From positions 1,302,001 to 1,366,000 of the forward strand of contig CM059432.1 in assembly GCA_030390025.1 (NCBI GenBank): a DNA stretch of 64,000 bases, read 5' to 3'. Position 1 is the first letter of the stretch. Each line of letters starts with the position of its first letter. Under the pieces are notes generated by a model, which made no database searches, was not told where the DNA came from, and saw nothing but the letters and a program-made list of their open reading frames with translations. The DNA is from Squalus acanthias (Eukaryota). Of this stretch, positions 49,268-62,450 are shown piece by piece. A program made the position numbers and the translations under genes.

Positions 49268-49777
49268 AATGATCTCATTGTAAAGGATCCTCTAGGGAAG
49301 AGTGATCATAGCATGATTGAATTTCAAATTCAGTTTGAGGGTGAGAAACTTGTGTCTGAAACTAGTGTCCTAAACTTAAATAAAGGCAATTACAAAGGTG
49401 TGAAGATAGAGTTGGCTAAAGTGGACTGGGAAAATAGATTAAAGGGTAAGACGGTAGATAAGCAGACATTTAAGGAGATATTTCACAATCTAGAACTAGA
49501 GGGCATAGTTTCAGAATAAGGGGTCGCCCACTTAAAACGGAGATGAGGAGGAATTTCTTCTCAGAGGGTTGTGAATCTTTGGAATTCTCTACCCCAGAGA
49601 GCTGTGGAGGCTGAGTCATTGAATATATTCAAGGCGGAGATAGAGAGATTTTTGTAAAACACGGGAATCAAGGGTTTTGGGGAGCGGGCAGGAAAGTGGA
49701 GTTGAGGCCAAGATCAGATCAGCCATGATCTTATTGAATGACCTACTCCTGCTCCTATTTCTTATGTTCTTATGTTT
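49268..49777 (+). mobile_element. CR1 fragments (endonuclease end joined to 3' end)
   Basis: DPLGKSDHSMIEF then TRGHS and tail. Confidence 0.8.
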
Positions 49778-49984
49778 AAGAGAATGTGTCTAGCATGATA
49801 AAATAGCTGGTATGCAGGTGTGTCAGATGTGAGTTGTGGGGAAGTGTGTGAGTGGAATGAGATGTAGGTGAAGTGAAAGTGTGGTGCAGTGATTGTAGGA
49901 GCATGAAGAGAAGTGGGAAGGGGAGTATTGAGAGTAATGTGGCTGGAGGTGGCGGAAATGTGAGTAGGGACTAAGAGTAGTAGT

Positions 49985-50085
49985 CTTACCTTGACAACTC
50001 TGGTGAGATCGTTGAACTTTTTCCGTCATTTCTGCCATGCCCTTGGAGCAATGACATCCTCGGTGACCTCTTCCCACTAGTGACA
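49985..50085 (-). pseudogene. Harbinger Myb/SANT gene exon remnant
   Basis: RAWQK*RKKFNDLTRVVK followed by GTAAG donor. Confidence 0.6.
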
Positions 50086-50289
50086 GAGTTGTTGCTCGGA
50101 AATGGCGAGTTTTTGCCCAGAAGAGCAGCCAGAGATTTCCCGCTGTGGACAGGGACTGTTTTATTTTTTTTTCCTTTATTTGTGAAGTACTTTGGGATGC
50201 TTTTACATTAATGATGTGAAATCAATGTAAGCTGTTGCTGCTCTGTTTCTGTATTATTCACATTTGCTTGGAATTTCTGCAGGGGTTCT

Positions 50290-53275
50290 CTGGCGGGATA
50301 TCGGGGAGGTGGGACCAGTACAAACTGGATGGTTTGCACCTCGGCGGGACGGGGACCGATGTCCTAGGGGGAGTGTTTGCTAGTGCTGTTGGGGAGGGTT
50401 TAAACTAAAATGGCAGGGGGTTGGGAACCTGTGCAGGGAGACAGAGGAAAGGGAAGCAAGGATAGAAAAAAAAGACAGGAAGGAGAAAAGCAAAAGTGGA
50501 AGGCAGAGAAATCAAACAGGGCTACAGTAAATAATAATTCTAAAAGGACGAAGAGTTTTAAAAAAACAAGCCTGAAGGCTTTGTGTCTTAATGCAAGGAG
50601 CATTCGTAATAAGGTGGATGAATTAGCTGCGCAAATAGATGTAAACGGATATGATATAATTGGGATTACGGAGACATGGCTCTAGGGCGACCAAGGCTGG
50701 GAATTCAACATCCAGGGGTATTCAATATTCAGGAAGGACAGGCAAAAAGGAAAAGGAGGTGGGGTAGCATTGCTGGTTAAAGAGGAGATTAACACAATAG
50801 TAAGGAAGGATATTAGCTCTGATGATGTGGAATCTGTATGGGTAGAGCTGAGAAATACCAAGGGGCAGAAAATGTTAGTGGGAGTTGTATACAGACCCCC
50901 AAACAGTAATGCTGAGGTTGGGGATGGCATTAAACGGGAAATTAGAGATGCGTGCAATAAGGGCACAGCAGTTATCATGGGTGATTTTAATCTACATATA
51001 GATTGGGCTAACCAAATTAGTAACAATACTGTGGAGGAGGAATTCCTAGAGTGTATACGGGATGGTTTCCTGGACCAATATGTCGAGGAACCAACTAGAG
51101 ATCAGGCCATCTTAGACTGGGTATTATGTAATGAGAAAGGATTAATTAGCAATCTTGTTGTGTTAGGCCCCTTGGGAGGAGCGATCATAATATGATAGAA
51201 TTCTTCATTAAGATGGAGAGTGAAGTAGTTGACTCAGAGACTAGGGTCCTGAATTTAAAGAAAGGAAACTACGATGGTATGAGGCGCGAGTTGGCTAGGA
51301 TGGATTGGGGAGCGTTACTTAAAGGGTTGACGGTGAATAGGCAATGGCAAACATTTAAAGATCACATGGATGAACTACAGAATTTGTTCATCCCTGTTTG
51401 GCATAAAAATAAAACAAAAAAGGCGACTCAACCGTGGCTAACAAGGGAAATTAGGGATAGCATAAGATCCAAGGAGAGGTCATGTAAATTGGCCAGAAAA
51501 AGCAGCAAACCTGAGGATTGGGAGCAGTTTAGGATTCAGCAAAGGAGGACAAAGGGATTAATTAAGAGAGGGAAAATAGAATGAGAATAAGCTTGCAGGG
51601 AACATAAAAACTGACTGTAAAAGCTTCTATAGATATGTGAAGAGAAAAAGATTGGTGAAGTCAAGCGTAGGTCCCTTGCAGTCAGAATCAGGGGAATTTA
51701 TAATGGGGAACAAAGAAATGGCAGACCAATTAAATACATACTTTGGTTCTGTCTTCACAAAGGAGGACACAAATAACGTCCCAGAGATGTCGGGGAACAT
51801 AGGGTCTAATGAGAGGGAGGAACTGAATGAAATCAGTATTTGTAGGGAAATGGTGTTAGGGAAATTGACGGGATTGAAGGCCGATAAATCCCCAGGGTCT
51901 GATAATCTACTTCCTAGGGTACTTAAGGAAGTGGCCCTAGAAATAGTAGATGCATTGCTGGTCATCTTCCAAAATTCTATAGACTCTGGAACAGTTCCCA
52001 TGGATTGGAGGGTAGCTAATGTAACCCCACTATTTAAAAAAGGTGGTAGAGAGAAAACGGGGAATTATAGACCGGTAAGCCTGTGGATGTGGTGTATTTG
52101 GACTTTCAGAAGGCTTTCGATAAGGTCCCGCATAAGAGATTAGCGTGCAAAGTTAAAGCACATGGGATTGGGGGTAAGGTACTGACTTGGATAGAGAACT
52201 GGTTGGCAGACAGGAAGCAAAGATTTGGAATAAACGGGTCTTTTTCCGAGTGGCAGGCAGTGACTAGTGGGGTACCGCAGGGATCGGTCCTTGGACCCCA
52301 GCTATTCACAATATATATATATTAATGATCTAGACGAGGGAACTAGATGTAATATCTCCAAGTTTGCAGACGACACAAAGCTGGGTGGGCGTGTGTGCTG
52401 TGAGGAGGATGCAGAGAAACTCCAGTATGATTTGGACAGGTTGGGTGATTGGGCAGATGCATGGCAGATGCAGTATAATGTGGATAAATGCGAGGTTATC
52501 CACTTTGGTGGCAAAAACAGGATGACAGAATCTGAACGGCAATAGATTGGGAAAAGGGGAAGTGCAATGAGACCTGGGTGTCCTTGTGCACCAGTCGCTG
52601 AAGGTAAGCATGCAGGTGCAGCAGGCGGTTAAGAAGGCAAATGGTATGTTGGCCTTCATAGCGAGAGGATTCAAGTACAGGAGCAAGGATGTCTTGCTGC
52701 AGTTGTACAGGGCCTTGGTGAGACCACAGCTTGAGTATTGTGTGCAGTTTTGGTCGCCTTATCTGAGGAAGGATGTTCTTGCCATGGAGGGCGTGCAGCG
52801 AAGATTCACCAGACTGATACCTGGGATGGCAGGGATGACGTATGAAGAGAGATTGGGTCGATTAGGCTTATATTCGCTGGAGTTTAGAAGAATGAGAGGG
52901 GATCTCATCGAAACTTATAAAATTCTAACAGGACTAGACAGACTAGATGCAGGAAGGATGTTCCCGATGGCGGGGGAGTCCAGAACCAGGGGTCACAGTC
53001 TAAGGATAAGGGGTAAGCCATTTAGGACTGAGATGAGGAGGAATTTCTTCACCCAGAGAGTGGTGAACCTGTGGAATTCTCTACCACAGAAGGCAGTTGA
53101 GGCCAATTCATTAAATATATTCAAGAAGGAGTTAGATATATTTCTTAAGGCTAAGGGGATCAAGAGATATGGGGAGAAAGCAGGGACAGGGTACTGAATT
53201 TGGATGATCTCATTGAATGGCGGAGCAGGCTCGAGGGGCCGAATGGCCTACTCCTGCTCTTATCGTCTATGTTTC
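50290..53275 (+). mobile_element. CR1 from ORF1 end through ORF2 to tail, frameshifted
   Basis: DGLHL, LNARSI, GDFN, FADD; internal deletion at ~52083. Confidence 0.93.
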
Positions 53276-53475
53276 AATGAAACAGCATAAATGGCTAAAA
53301 CGTCCTGATATGCTGTTTCTCTAGGGCTTCTGTCAACGTTACGCCGAGAGATTGAGAGAATGCTATGGAAATTCACCCAGCACAAGTTCAATTTATGGGA
53401 GCTATATTGTCTTGAGAATGTGCTATATCCTGAGTTATTGCTGTACTTTTTATTCAGCATTAGAGGAAAAGCAAC

Positions 53476-54296
53476 AATAGGAACAGGAGGAGGCCATTCA
53501 AGCCCGTTCCGCCATTGAATTAGCTCACAGCTGATCTGTACCTCAGCTCCATTTACCCGCCTTTTGTTCCATATCCTTGATACCCTTATCTAACAAAAAT
53601 CTATTCGCCTCAGTCTTGAAGATTTCAATTGCCTCATCATCTACAGGGAATGAAAGTTTTTGGGGAAGAGAGTTCCAAATTTTCACTACCCTTTGTGTAA
53701 AAATAAAAGTGTTTCCTGATTTAACTCCTAAATGGCCCAGCTCTAATTTTAAGATTATGCCTCCTTATTCTGAATTTCCCCACCAGAGGAAATAGTTTTG
53801 CTGTGGCTCAGTTGGTAGCACACTCGCCTCTGAGTCAGAAAGTTGTGGGTTCAAGTCCCACTCCAGGGATTTGAGCACATAAAACTAGGCTGACACTCCA
53901 GTGCAGTGCTGAGGGACACTATTTCAAAGAAGAGATGGGGAGTTATCCCCAGTGTCCTGGCCAATATTTATCCCTCAACCAACACAAAAAACCAAACAGA
54001 TGATCTGGTCATTATCACAATGCTGTTTGTGGGAGCTTGCTGTGCGCAAATTGGCTGCCGCATTTCCCACATTACAACAGTGACTACACTTCAAAAGTAC
54101 TTCATTGGCTGTATAGCACTTTGAGACGTCCGGTGGTCGTGAAAGGCGCTATATAAATGCAAGTCTTTTTCTTTTATCTACCCTATCGAATTCCGTTATC
54201 ATTTTAAATGTCTCGATTAGATTACCCATCAACGTAAACTCAAGGGAGTACAACCCAAGTTTATGTAACCTGTCCTCATAATTTAACCCTTTAAGC
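53476..54296 (-). mobile_element. Old CR1 3' fragment split by a SINE
   Basis: GGAAATAGTTT|...|ATCTACCCTATCGAAT is collinear. Confidence 0.7.
53800..54172 (+). mobile_element. Deu-domain tRNA-derived SINE (SacSINE1/AmnSINE-like)
   Basis: A box TGGCTCAGTTGG, B box GGTTCAAGTCC, Deu core, tail AAAGGCGCTATATAAATGCAAG. Confidence 0.85.
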
Positions 54297-54712
54297 CTTC
54301 CTGACTTAAATAGCTTAACGTTCTTTCAGCATTCCTGAGCTAAAATCGCCGAGTTACCTACCTAACGCCGTTGTTTAAGCACCACCATAACATGGACAGC
54401 AACAGTTCAAGCAGAACACTTAGCGCCTTTTCAGGACAGCTCGGGATGGGCTAAAAATGCAGCCTTGTCAGCATCTCCCAAATCCCAAAAATATTTTTTC
54501 TAAATACATAATATACAGGAAAAGAGTATTGTGTACTTGGGGACTATGTTAGTAACAAAAACTGATATTCAAAAAAGGGGATTAATATGTGTAAAAATGT
54601 AACCAGCTGGGGCTAATGGAGGATAAACTTTTAGAAACGCGATTGTTTTTACTTTGCAAGTACATAATGTTGTTTTCCCTTAATTCAGAAGTACAGAACA
54701 GATCCCACCAAG

Positions 54713-54854
54713 ATGGCTTGCAGTAAATCTATGATTCCCTACGGCTTCAAGACTCTTGTCGAAACACTAGGCAAAACCGTTCTGTTTGAACAGCCTGCGG
54801 ATATACACCAGTTTGCCTCAATCTATTTCAAGGAATTACTGGCGTTTAGAGCTG
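54713..54854 (+). CDS. cabyr: CABYR-like RIIa dimerisation/docking domain, first coding exon
   Basis: MACSKSMIPYGFKTLVETLGKTVLFEQPADIHQFASIYFKELLAFRA resembles the CABYR N-terminus; acceptor TTTTCCCTTAATTCAG at 54689; Kozak AAGATGG; phase-1 donor GTTTGT. Confidence 0.82.
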
Positions 54855-54991
54855 GTTTGTATTCAGTTCCTTGTTTATTTCTTTGTAATAAGATCAGTAT
54901 TTCAAAATTATTCTTTTGTGTCCAAATAATTGAATTTACCTTTACTTATACTTTCATGATTCCTAATAATGTGTTTCCCTCTGTCTTGCAG

Positions 54992-55045
54992 TTAATCCAA
55001 ATCTTGATATAAAAGAACTGGTGAATTTATTCTATATAAACAAAG
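54992..55045 (+). CDS. cabyr: CABYR-like second coding exon (54 nt)
   Basis: Acceptor TTTCCCTCTGTCTTGCAG, donor AAAG|GTAAG; in-frame VNPNLDIKELVNLFYINK resembles CABYR DIKDLVKQF. Confidence 0.82.
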
Positions 55046-56149
55046 GTAAGAAAGCTAAATTTTGCACTATCCTAGTAAACTATCTTGATTTATCTTTTTA
55101 GAGTCTAACATTTTTTAGCTTTATTCATTTTTTTTGAAAAACGGCACTCCTGATAACCCCTGCTTGGCTGATAGCTTTCTAGAGGACCCCTGATCCGAGA
55201 ATCCTGATTAGCTGCCATCTCCAAACTGAAAGCCTTACAACTGTTTCATTCTATGGTAAGAGGAAAAGGAAAACATGACAAACAAGATCATCATCCCTAC
55301 ATTTTTCACCTTGGTAACTGAAATAGCACAAGTAGTCAAGATCAGCAAATGAAAAACCTCCGATCTCTTGTTGCAATGAGTTTGATCATGAAAGAATGCA
55401 AAGATTTTTTTTAATCAGTGGGGTAAATAAAATGTGGACCACTAAAACATCAGTTGACGACGTGCTGACGACTGAGTAGGGAAAATCTTGTAGGTTCCAA
55501 ACCTTGACACCAGAATAATAATCTCCATTAACTCTAAAGGCACAGAGTGGCATTACCTATTGCTTTATGTACAAGAAACTCTTGTCTTAAATCCCTAGGT
55601 CAACTGATTTGGATAATCATGGATGGGCCAGGAGCACAGCTCCCATGTGCAGCTCCTGGTTTACACTGGGGAGCAAAGGGAAGTCTAGAGTTAACAAAGA
55701 CTGCAGCATTAAAAGGGCAGCTTCACTCATGGGCCAAGTCCTTAACTAAAAAGGCTCAGGAATACAGTAAGGGCTATAAGAGAGACACTGCAAATGGTAC
55801 TGGCAGGAACTAGGAGGTGCTTCTGAGCCAGGTGCAGGAAATGAGCTGTTTGCAGTGGATGGCACAATGTTCACAAGGAGCACACTACATAAAAGTGGAA
55901 TGACACACTAATCAGTGTGCTCTTCACATTTATTTTGAACAGGGAAGCAAGAATTTCCCTGGCTTGTGAAATGTGAATCATCTTCTGACTGCAGTTCCCA
56001 GGATTGAACGTATGATTATATCAAGCACCAATATACAAGACAGGAAAGGTGGGTTGGGGGGGGGGGGGGGGAGGTGGGGAAGAGGGAAGAGACTAGAGTA
56101 TTTTTTAAATCTTTAGGTTATTATTTTTTCCAGGGTCCAGGTGGAGCAA

Positions 56150-56908
56150 GTAATAACCTAAAAGAGGGGATAAGAGCAACGGTCAGAGTACAACAGGAGA
56201 TAAAGATAACATAAATACGCTGGGACAGGAAACAATTTAGGAAGTAACAATAACATAAAAGTGAAGTAGGAGCGATGGAAAAATAACTTTAAAATTGTCT
56301 CTATGGTAATGTGCAGAGCATCAACAATCAAAAAGTGTGGGAAATACACCATCAAGGCATATGGGTAGGGTGGGGACAATGACCTAAATAAAAGTTTATA
56401 TATTCAAATGCACGTAGTATAAGAAATGAAACAAATGAGTTAGAAGCACAGATCAGAGGGGAGTTGAGGAGAAATGTTTTCACGTGGGGTGGGGGTGCCT
56501 CGAACTCATTGCCTGAAAGGGTGGTAGAGGCAGAAACCTTAATCACATTTAAAAAGTACTTGGATATGCACCTGAAGTGCTGCAACCTACAAGGCTACAA
56601 ACCAAGACTTTTTATTTAAGTAATAAGTGGGAAGTATTCAAAAGTATTTGGTACAATACAAAACCAGCACATACCCCTAAAAGGCAAAAGCTTCACTTGT
56701 GCATTTTAGCAGCCATGGTCAGCAAACAAGGTAAGACACTATTAAGCTAAAAGAGGACAAAGCCTTGGTCAGACCCCATCTGGGGTACTGTGTTCAATTC
56801 TGGGCACTGCACCTCAGGAATATTGGCCTTAGACGGGGTGCAGCACAGATTCACCAAACTTGATAACCGGGGTTCAAAGTGATAAATTATGAGGATAGGT
56901 TTCATAAG
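56150..56908 (+). mobile_element. Jumble of short CR1 fragments
   Basis: LYSNARSIRN, LVRPHLGYCVQFW; last fragment continues at 59533-59916. Confidence 0.6.
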
Positions 56909-59532
56909 GGATTAGATCAGTGCAGTAATGAGAAATGATATTGGCCTAGAAGATCAAGTTGTAGAATCAGGTGGGGTGGAGATAAGAAATAATAAGGGTA
57001 AAATGTCACTGGTGGGAGTGGTCTTCAGGCCCCCAAACAGTAGCCACACTGTAGGACAGAGAATAAATCAAGAAATAATAGAGACTTGTAAGAAAGGTAC
57101 GGCTATAATCATGGGAGATTTTAATCTTCATATTGATTGGACAAAGCAAATTGGCAAAGGTAGACTTGAGGAAGAGTGTATACGGGATGGTTTCTTGGAA
57201 CAATATGTTGTGGAACCAACCAGGGGGAAGACTATTTTAGATCTGGTAATGTGTAACGAGGCTGGATTAATTAATGATCTCGAAGTGAAGGATCCTCTTG
57301 GGAAGAGTGATCATAGCATGGTAGAATTTCAAATTCAGTTTGAGGGTGAGAAAGCTAGGTCTCAAACTAGTGTCTTGAACTTAAACAAAGGTAATTACAA
57401 AGGTATGAAGGCAGACTTGGTTAAAGTGGACTGGGAAAATATATTACAGGGTAAGACTGTAGAAAAGCAGTGGCAAACATTTAAGGAGATATTTCATAAC
57501 TCTCAGCAAAGATATATTCCAGTGAGAAAGAAAGACTCGAAGAGAAGGATGAACCATCTGTGGCTAACTAAGGAAGTAAAGGATGGTATCAAATTGAAAA
57601 CAAAAGCATACAATTTTGCGAAGAATAGTGAAAGGCCAAAGGATTGGGAAATTTTTAAAAACCAGCAAAGGATGACTTAAAAAATGATAGAGAGAAGATA
57701 GCTTATGAGAGTAAGCTAGCAAGAAATATAAAAACAGACAGTAAGAGCTTCTACAGGTATATAAAAAGGAAGCAAGTAGCTAAAGTAAGTGTTTGTCCCC
57801 TAGAGGATGATTCTGGGGAATTAATAATGGAAAATGGCGGAGACTTTAAACAAATATTTTGTATCGGTCTTCACGGTAGAAGACACTAAAAGCATCCCAA
57901 TAATGGATAATCAAGGGGTTATTGGGGTGGGAGGGAACTTAAAACAATCACTATCACTAGAGAGAAAGTACTAGGCAAACTAATGGGACTAAAGGTGGAC
58001 AAGGCCCCTGGACCCGATGGCCTGCATCTTAGAGTCTTAAAAGAGGTGGCTGCAGAGATAGTGGATGCATTGTTTGTAATCTACCAAAATTCCCTGGATT
58101 CTGGAAAACCGCAAATGTAACACCCCTATTTAAGAAAGGAGGGAGACAGAAAGCAGGCAACTATCGACCAGTTAGCCTAACATCTGTCATTGGGAAAATG
58201 CTGGAGTCCATTATTAAGGAAGTGATAGCAGGACATTTAGAAAATCATAATATAGTCAAGCAGAGTCAGCATGGTTTTATGAAAGGAAAATCATGTTTGA
58301 CAAATTTGCTGGAGTTCTTTGAGGATGTAACGAGCAGGGTGGATAAAGGGGAACCAGGAGATGTCATGTATTTGGATTTCCAGAAGGCATTCGATAAGGT
58401 GCCACATAAAAGGTTACTACACAAGATAAGAGCTCACGGGGTTGGGAGTAATATATTAGCATGGATAGAGAATTGGCTAACTAACAGAAAACAGAGAGTC
58501 AGGATAAATGGGTCATTTTCAGGTTGGCAAACTGTAACTAGTGGGGTGCCGCAGGGATCAGTGCTGGGGCCTCAACTATTTACAATCTATATTAATGACT
58601 TGGATGAAGGGACCGAGTGTAATGTAGCCAAATTTGCTGATCATACAAAGATAGGTGGGAAAGCAAAGAATCTCCAAAGGGATATAGATAGGCTAAGTGA
58701 GTGGGCAAAAATCTGGCAGATGGAGTTTAATGTGGGAAAATGTGAGGTTATCTACTTTGGTAGGAAAAATAAAAAAGCAAATTATTATTTAAATGGGGAG
58801 AGATTACAAAATGCTGAGGTACAGAGGGATCTGGGGGTCCTTGTAAATGAATCACAAAAGGTTAGCATGCAGGTACAGCAAGTAATTAGGAAGGCAAATG
58901 GAGTGTTGGCCTTTATTGCAAAGGGAATGGAATATAAAAGTAGGGAAGTCCTGTTACAACTGTACAGAGCATTGGTGAGACCACACCTGGAGTACTGCGT
59001 ACAGTTTTGAAGGAAGGATATATTTGCATTGGAGGCAGTTCAGAGAAGGTTCATGAGGTTGATTCCGGAGATGAAGGGGTTGTCTTATGAAGAAAGGTTG
59101 AGCAGGTTGGGCCTATACTCATTGGAGTTTAGAAGAATGAGAGGGGATCTGATTGAAACATATAAGATTCTGAAGGGGCTTGAAAGGGTAGATGCAGAGA
59201 GGATGTTTCCCCTCGTGGGGGAATCTAGAACTAGGGGGCATAATTTTAGAATAAGGGGGCACCCATTTAAATCGGAAATGAGGAGGAATTTCTTCTGAGG
59301 GTCATGAATCTTTGGAATTCTCTTCCCCAGAGAGCTGTGGAGGCTGGGTCATTGAATATATTTAAGGTGGAGATAGACAAATTTTTGAAAGGTAAGGGAG
59401 TCAAGGGTTATGGGGAGCGGGCAGGGAAGTGGAGTTGAGGCCAAGATCAGATCAGCCATGATCTTATTGAATGGCGGAGCAGGCTTGAGGGGCCAAATGA
59501 CCTACTCCTGTTCCTACGTCTTATGTTCTTAT
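56909..59532 (+). mobile_element. CR1 ORF2, 5'-truncated, decayed, nested in an older CR1
   Basis: GDFNLHIDW, SDH, YLDFQKAFDKVPH, tail. Confidence 0.92.
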
Positions 59533-60019
59533 AAACATGGATTGTATTTCCTTGAGTTTAGAGGGTTGAGGGTTATCTAACTGAGGCGTTAAAATGATAA
59601 AGAATTGAATAGCTTAGATACAGAGAAGCTATTTCCTCTGGTGGGGAATCCAGAACAAGGCCATTCAGGAGTAAAATCTAGACGCACTTTTTCACACAAA
59701 GGATAGTGTAAACATGGAATTCTCTCCCCCCAAAAGGCTGTGGCTACTGGATCAATTGAAATTTTCAACACTGAGATCGACATTTTTATTAGGTAAGGGT
59801 ATCGAGCAATATGGATCAAAGGTGGGTAAATGGAGTTGAGGTACAGATCAACCATGATCTAATTAAATGGTGGAACAGGCTCGAGGGGCCGAATGACCTC
59901 CCCCTGTGCCTATGTTTAATTCGACGGTGTAAGAAGTTGCTTTGGATTGGATGAGCCCAAACTTCTCTGCTTGCAGTTGGCATCTGGTCTTCAGCTTCCT
60001 CTGCACAAGGACAATGCTG

Positions 60020-60840
60020 TAACCACGCTTGGTTCTTTATCTTGTTGCGGTATCTTCTTCTGCAGTCCCTTTTTTAGTGCAAAGCTGTGAAAAGCAGCAA
60101 GCTACTATAATCTGGGGTGCTGTTATGGGGTTCCCCCAGACCGTGTAGGCAATAGAATCTGTCCTTCAGCCTTATAGTGCTCTGCTCTATGACGATGTGG
60201 CTTGATGCACAGGCTGTTCCTCATTACAGTTCTTGGTAGCATGCATTGCTGTCAGGAGCCATGATAGCAGTGGGTAGTTCTTGTCTCGCAGATGTCAACA
60301 AGATATGCCCCTCTCTCGCTGAAATAAAGTCAGGACGCTGGATTGTTGCAGCACAAAATATTGGCATTCATGTGAGGGATATTGCTGTGCCAGTCCCTTA
60401 CGGGTTGAACTTTTTCCATAGCTTTTTCTATACAGATAATTGAAGGGATTAATAGATGGTATCCTGATTTGCCACACAAGTACCCATCTATTACCTTTTA
60501 GACTCTGGTGAAGCCAACTCCTCGGTAACCTGCTCACTGCCTTCTAATTCTGCTGACGGGAGATGTGTAGGTGTCGATGAACTGTGCAGCCTTACTAAAC
60601 GGTGCATCAGTGACCTGACAAATTCGGGTGTAGACAGAAAACTGACTTGTGTTGGCATGGTCCTCTATTGCACTCTGAAAGGAGCTGGTGGTGAGGAAAT
60701 TGATGGCGATGATGAGTTTGACAGGGACTGAAAGTATCATCCGAATGCATGAACTAGGTTGAAGGTTATGTAGCAAGTCACCTAGCTGCCGCAGTACTTC
60801 CCACATAAAGCACAGCCACCTGATGCATAGCTCGTATCAT
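60020..60840 (-). pseudogene. Highly decayed Harbinger transposase
   Basis: LSVPVKLIIAINFLTTSSFQ...ICQVTDA; RDKNYPLLSWLLT; VIEQS..LKDRFYCL. Confidence 0.7.
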
Positions 60841-60927
60841 GGAGAGAACGCCAGGGTATATGCATTCTTGTAGATGTGGGATGGTGTACTCCTCCTTCTT
60901 ATGATGTGTGGCGCGAATTAAACAATT

Positions 60928-61108
60928 TTAAACAAGTGCCAGGCAATGACCATCTCTAACAAGTGAGAGTCTAGCTACCTCCCCATGACATTCAACGGCA
61001 TTACCATCATCGAATCCCCTACCATCAACAACATGTGGGTCACCATTGACCAGAAATTTAACTGGACCAGCCACATAAATACTGTGGCTACAAGAGCAGG
61101 TCAGAGGC
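60928..61108 (+). mobile_element. LINE family B fragment
   Basis: KCQAMTISNK, IDQKFNWTSHINTVATRAGQR. Confidence 0.7.
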
Positions 61109-61422
61109 ACCTGTGTTAGTGCTACGTTTTAAAGCCCCTGGGTAGCTGCAAGAAGTTGTTTACAAATAAGAATCCAGCAGGCGTGACTGCTTTATACAGG
61201 TGTCTCTAACACTGGGTGCAAATCTATTGGAAATGACAGGGTTTAGGACAGCGACCTCACCCCACCATGATCCTGTTATTTCCATACACGCACTGTATTG
61301 GGTGCAGGCACTTCTTCCGCAGGGCCATAGTAGCTGGGGAATTTTGGACGGATGTAAAAAGGGGCGGAGATTTGGTAGAATAGAAAACCCCCCCCAAATT
61401 CCATCTCTTGCTAAAGCTCCTT

Positions 61423-62098
61423 GGGGGAAAAATTCGGTTGCTTTGCGCCTCCCATTAGCGCCCTAAGCAACTAGCTCCTGGGCGCGACGCTGCCAACGCC
61501 TCCCGCGAAATTTAGCGGGAGTTTAGCGGTGGCGGTAACCGTCATCGCCGTGCGCAGCGCCCCGGACGCGATCTTTGGTAGCGCACCCTGACTTACTGCC
61601 GGACGCTATGCCCGACGGGGTCAGGGGGGCCTACCTGCGGCCGGGGTGGTGCTATTTAAAGGCGAGGGGCCGGGCGGCCATTTTTGTTGCTGGCCGCCTG
61701 ACAGCACCTTCCTCCGCTGCCGTCCCCGGCCTCCTGCCCTGCCCGCCCCCCCCACTCCCCCCCCCCCCCCCCACAGAGTGCTGGCTGTGCTCCATGAGCC
61801 CGGCACTTCTCTTGTGTGCCAGACTCTTTTGCCGGCACTCCGATCCCTGGTGGCCCAGCTGGGCCCCGGGTCACGCTGCGCAAGGTCCCTCCCCTTTAAG
61901 AAGGGGAGGAAGGCCTACAATACCGCGGCACGTAGCGCCACGATATTCCCTCACAGCGCCCCAAGAGGGAGGCGGGGCGCTTCCAGTAGCGCCCCGCTTC
62001 CCTCTTGGGGTGCTACCACTCAATATCGACGCGGGGGCACTAATTTTTGCGCCCCGGCGAAGTTAGCACCACAAAGGGGGCGCGACTCAATTTCCCCT
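61423..62098. mobile_element. GC-rich MITE-like element
   Basis: Imperfect TIR GGGGGAAAAATT / AATTTCCCCT; sharply bounded CpG-rich body with recurrent TAGCGC motifs. Confidence 0.5.
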
Positions 62099-62111
62099 CC
62101 CTTGAGTGTCA

Positions 62112-62450
62112 TCTTTGCTCAGCGGTAGCACCCTTACCTCAACGTCAGAAGGTTCAAGGCCCATTCTGGTGAATTGAGCACATAATCTAAGCTGACACTT
62201 CGGTGTAGTACTGAGGAAGTGCTGCATAGTCTGATATGCCATCTTTCAGGTGAGGTAAAATCAAGGCCCTGTCCACCCAAATGTCACTCTGTTTGGGTGA
62301 CCATAAAGGTTCCCATAGCACTACTGATGTCCAGGCCAAGATCTTTTCCCTCAACACCACAAATAACAATGACTGCTCTTCAAATGCAATTTATTGGCTG
62401 TGAAACTCTTTGGATGCCTAGAAGACATGAAAGGCGCTATATAATTCTTT
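62112..62450 (+). mobile_element. Decayed Deu-type SINE
   Basis: GCTCAGCGGTAGCAC head; GAAAGGCGCTATATAA tail. Confidence 0.65.

Noticed and set aside
3432..53275. Similar CR1 copies at 3.4 kb and 50 kb as evidence of segmental duplication
   Set aside because: Flanks differ and deletions are independent; separate insertions
53800..53870. tRNA gene
   Set aside because: tRNA-like head continues into a SINE body; same at 5772 and 63528
54855..55012. Read-through of the 99-aa ORF
   Set aside because: Homology stops at a GT donor and resumes after the 54991 acceptor, so this part is intron
61423..62098. Second CpG-island promoter or 160-aa ORFs
   Set aside because: Sharp TIR-like ends favour a MITE; ORFs lack recognisable motifs
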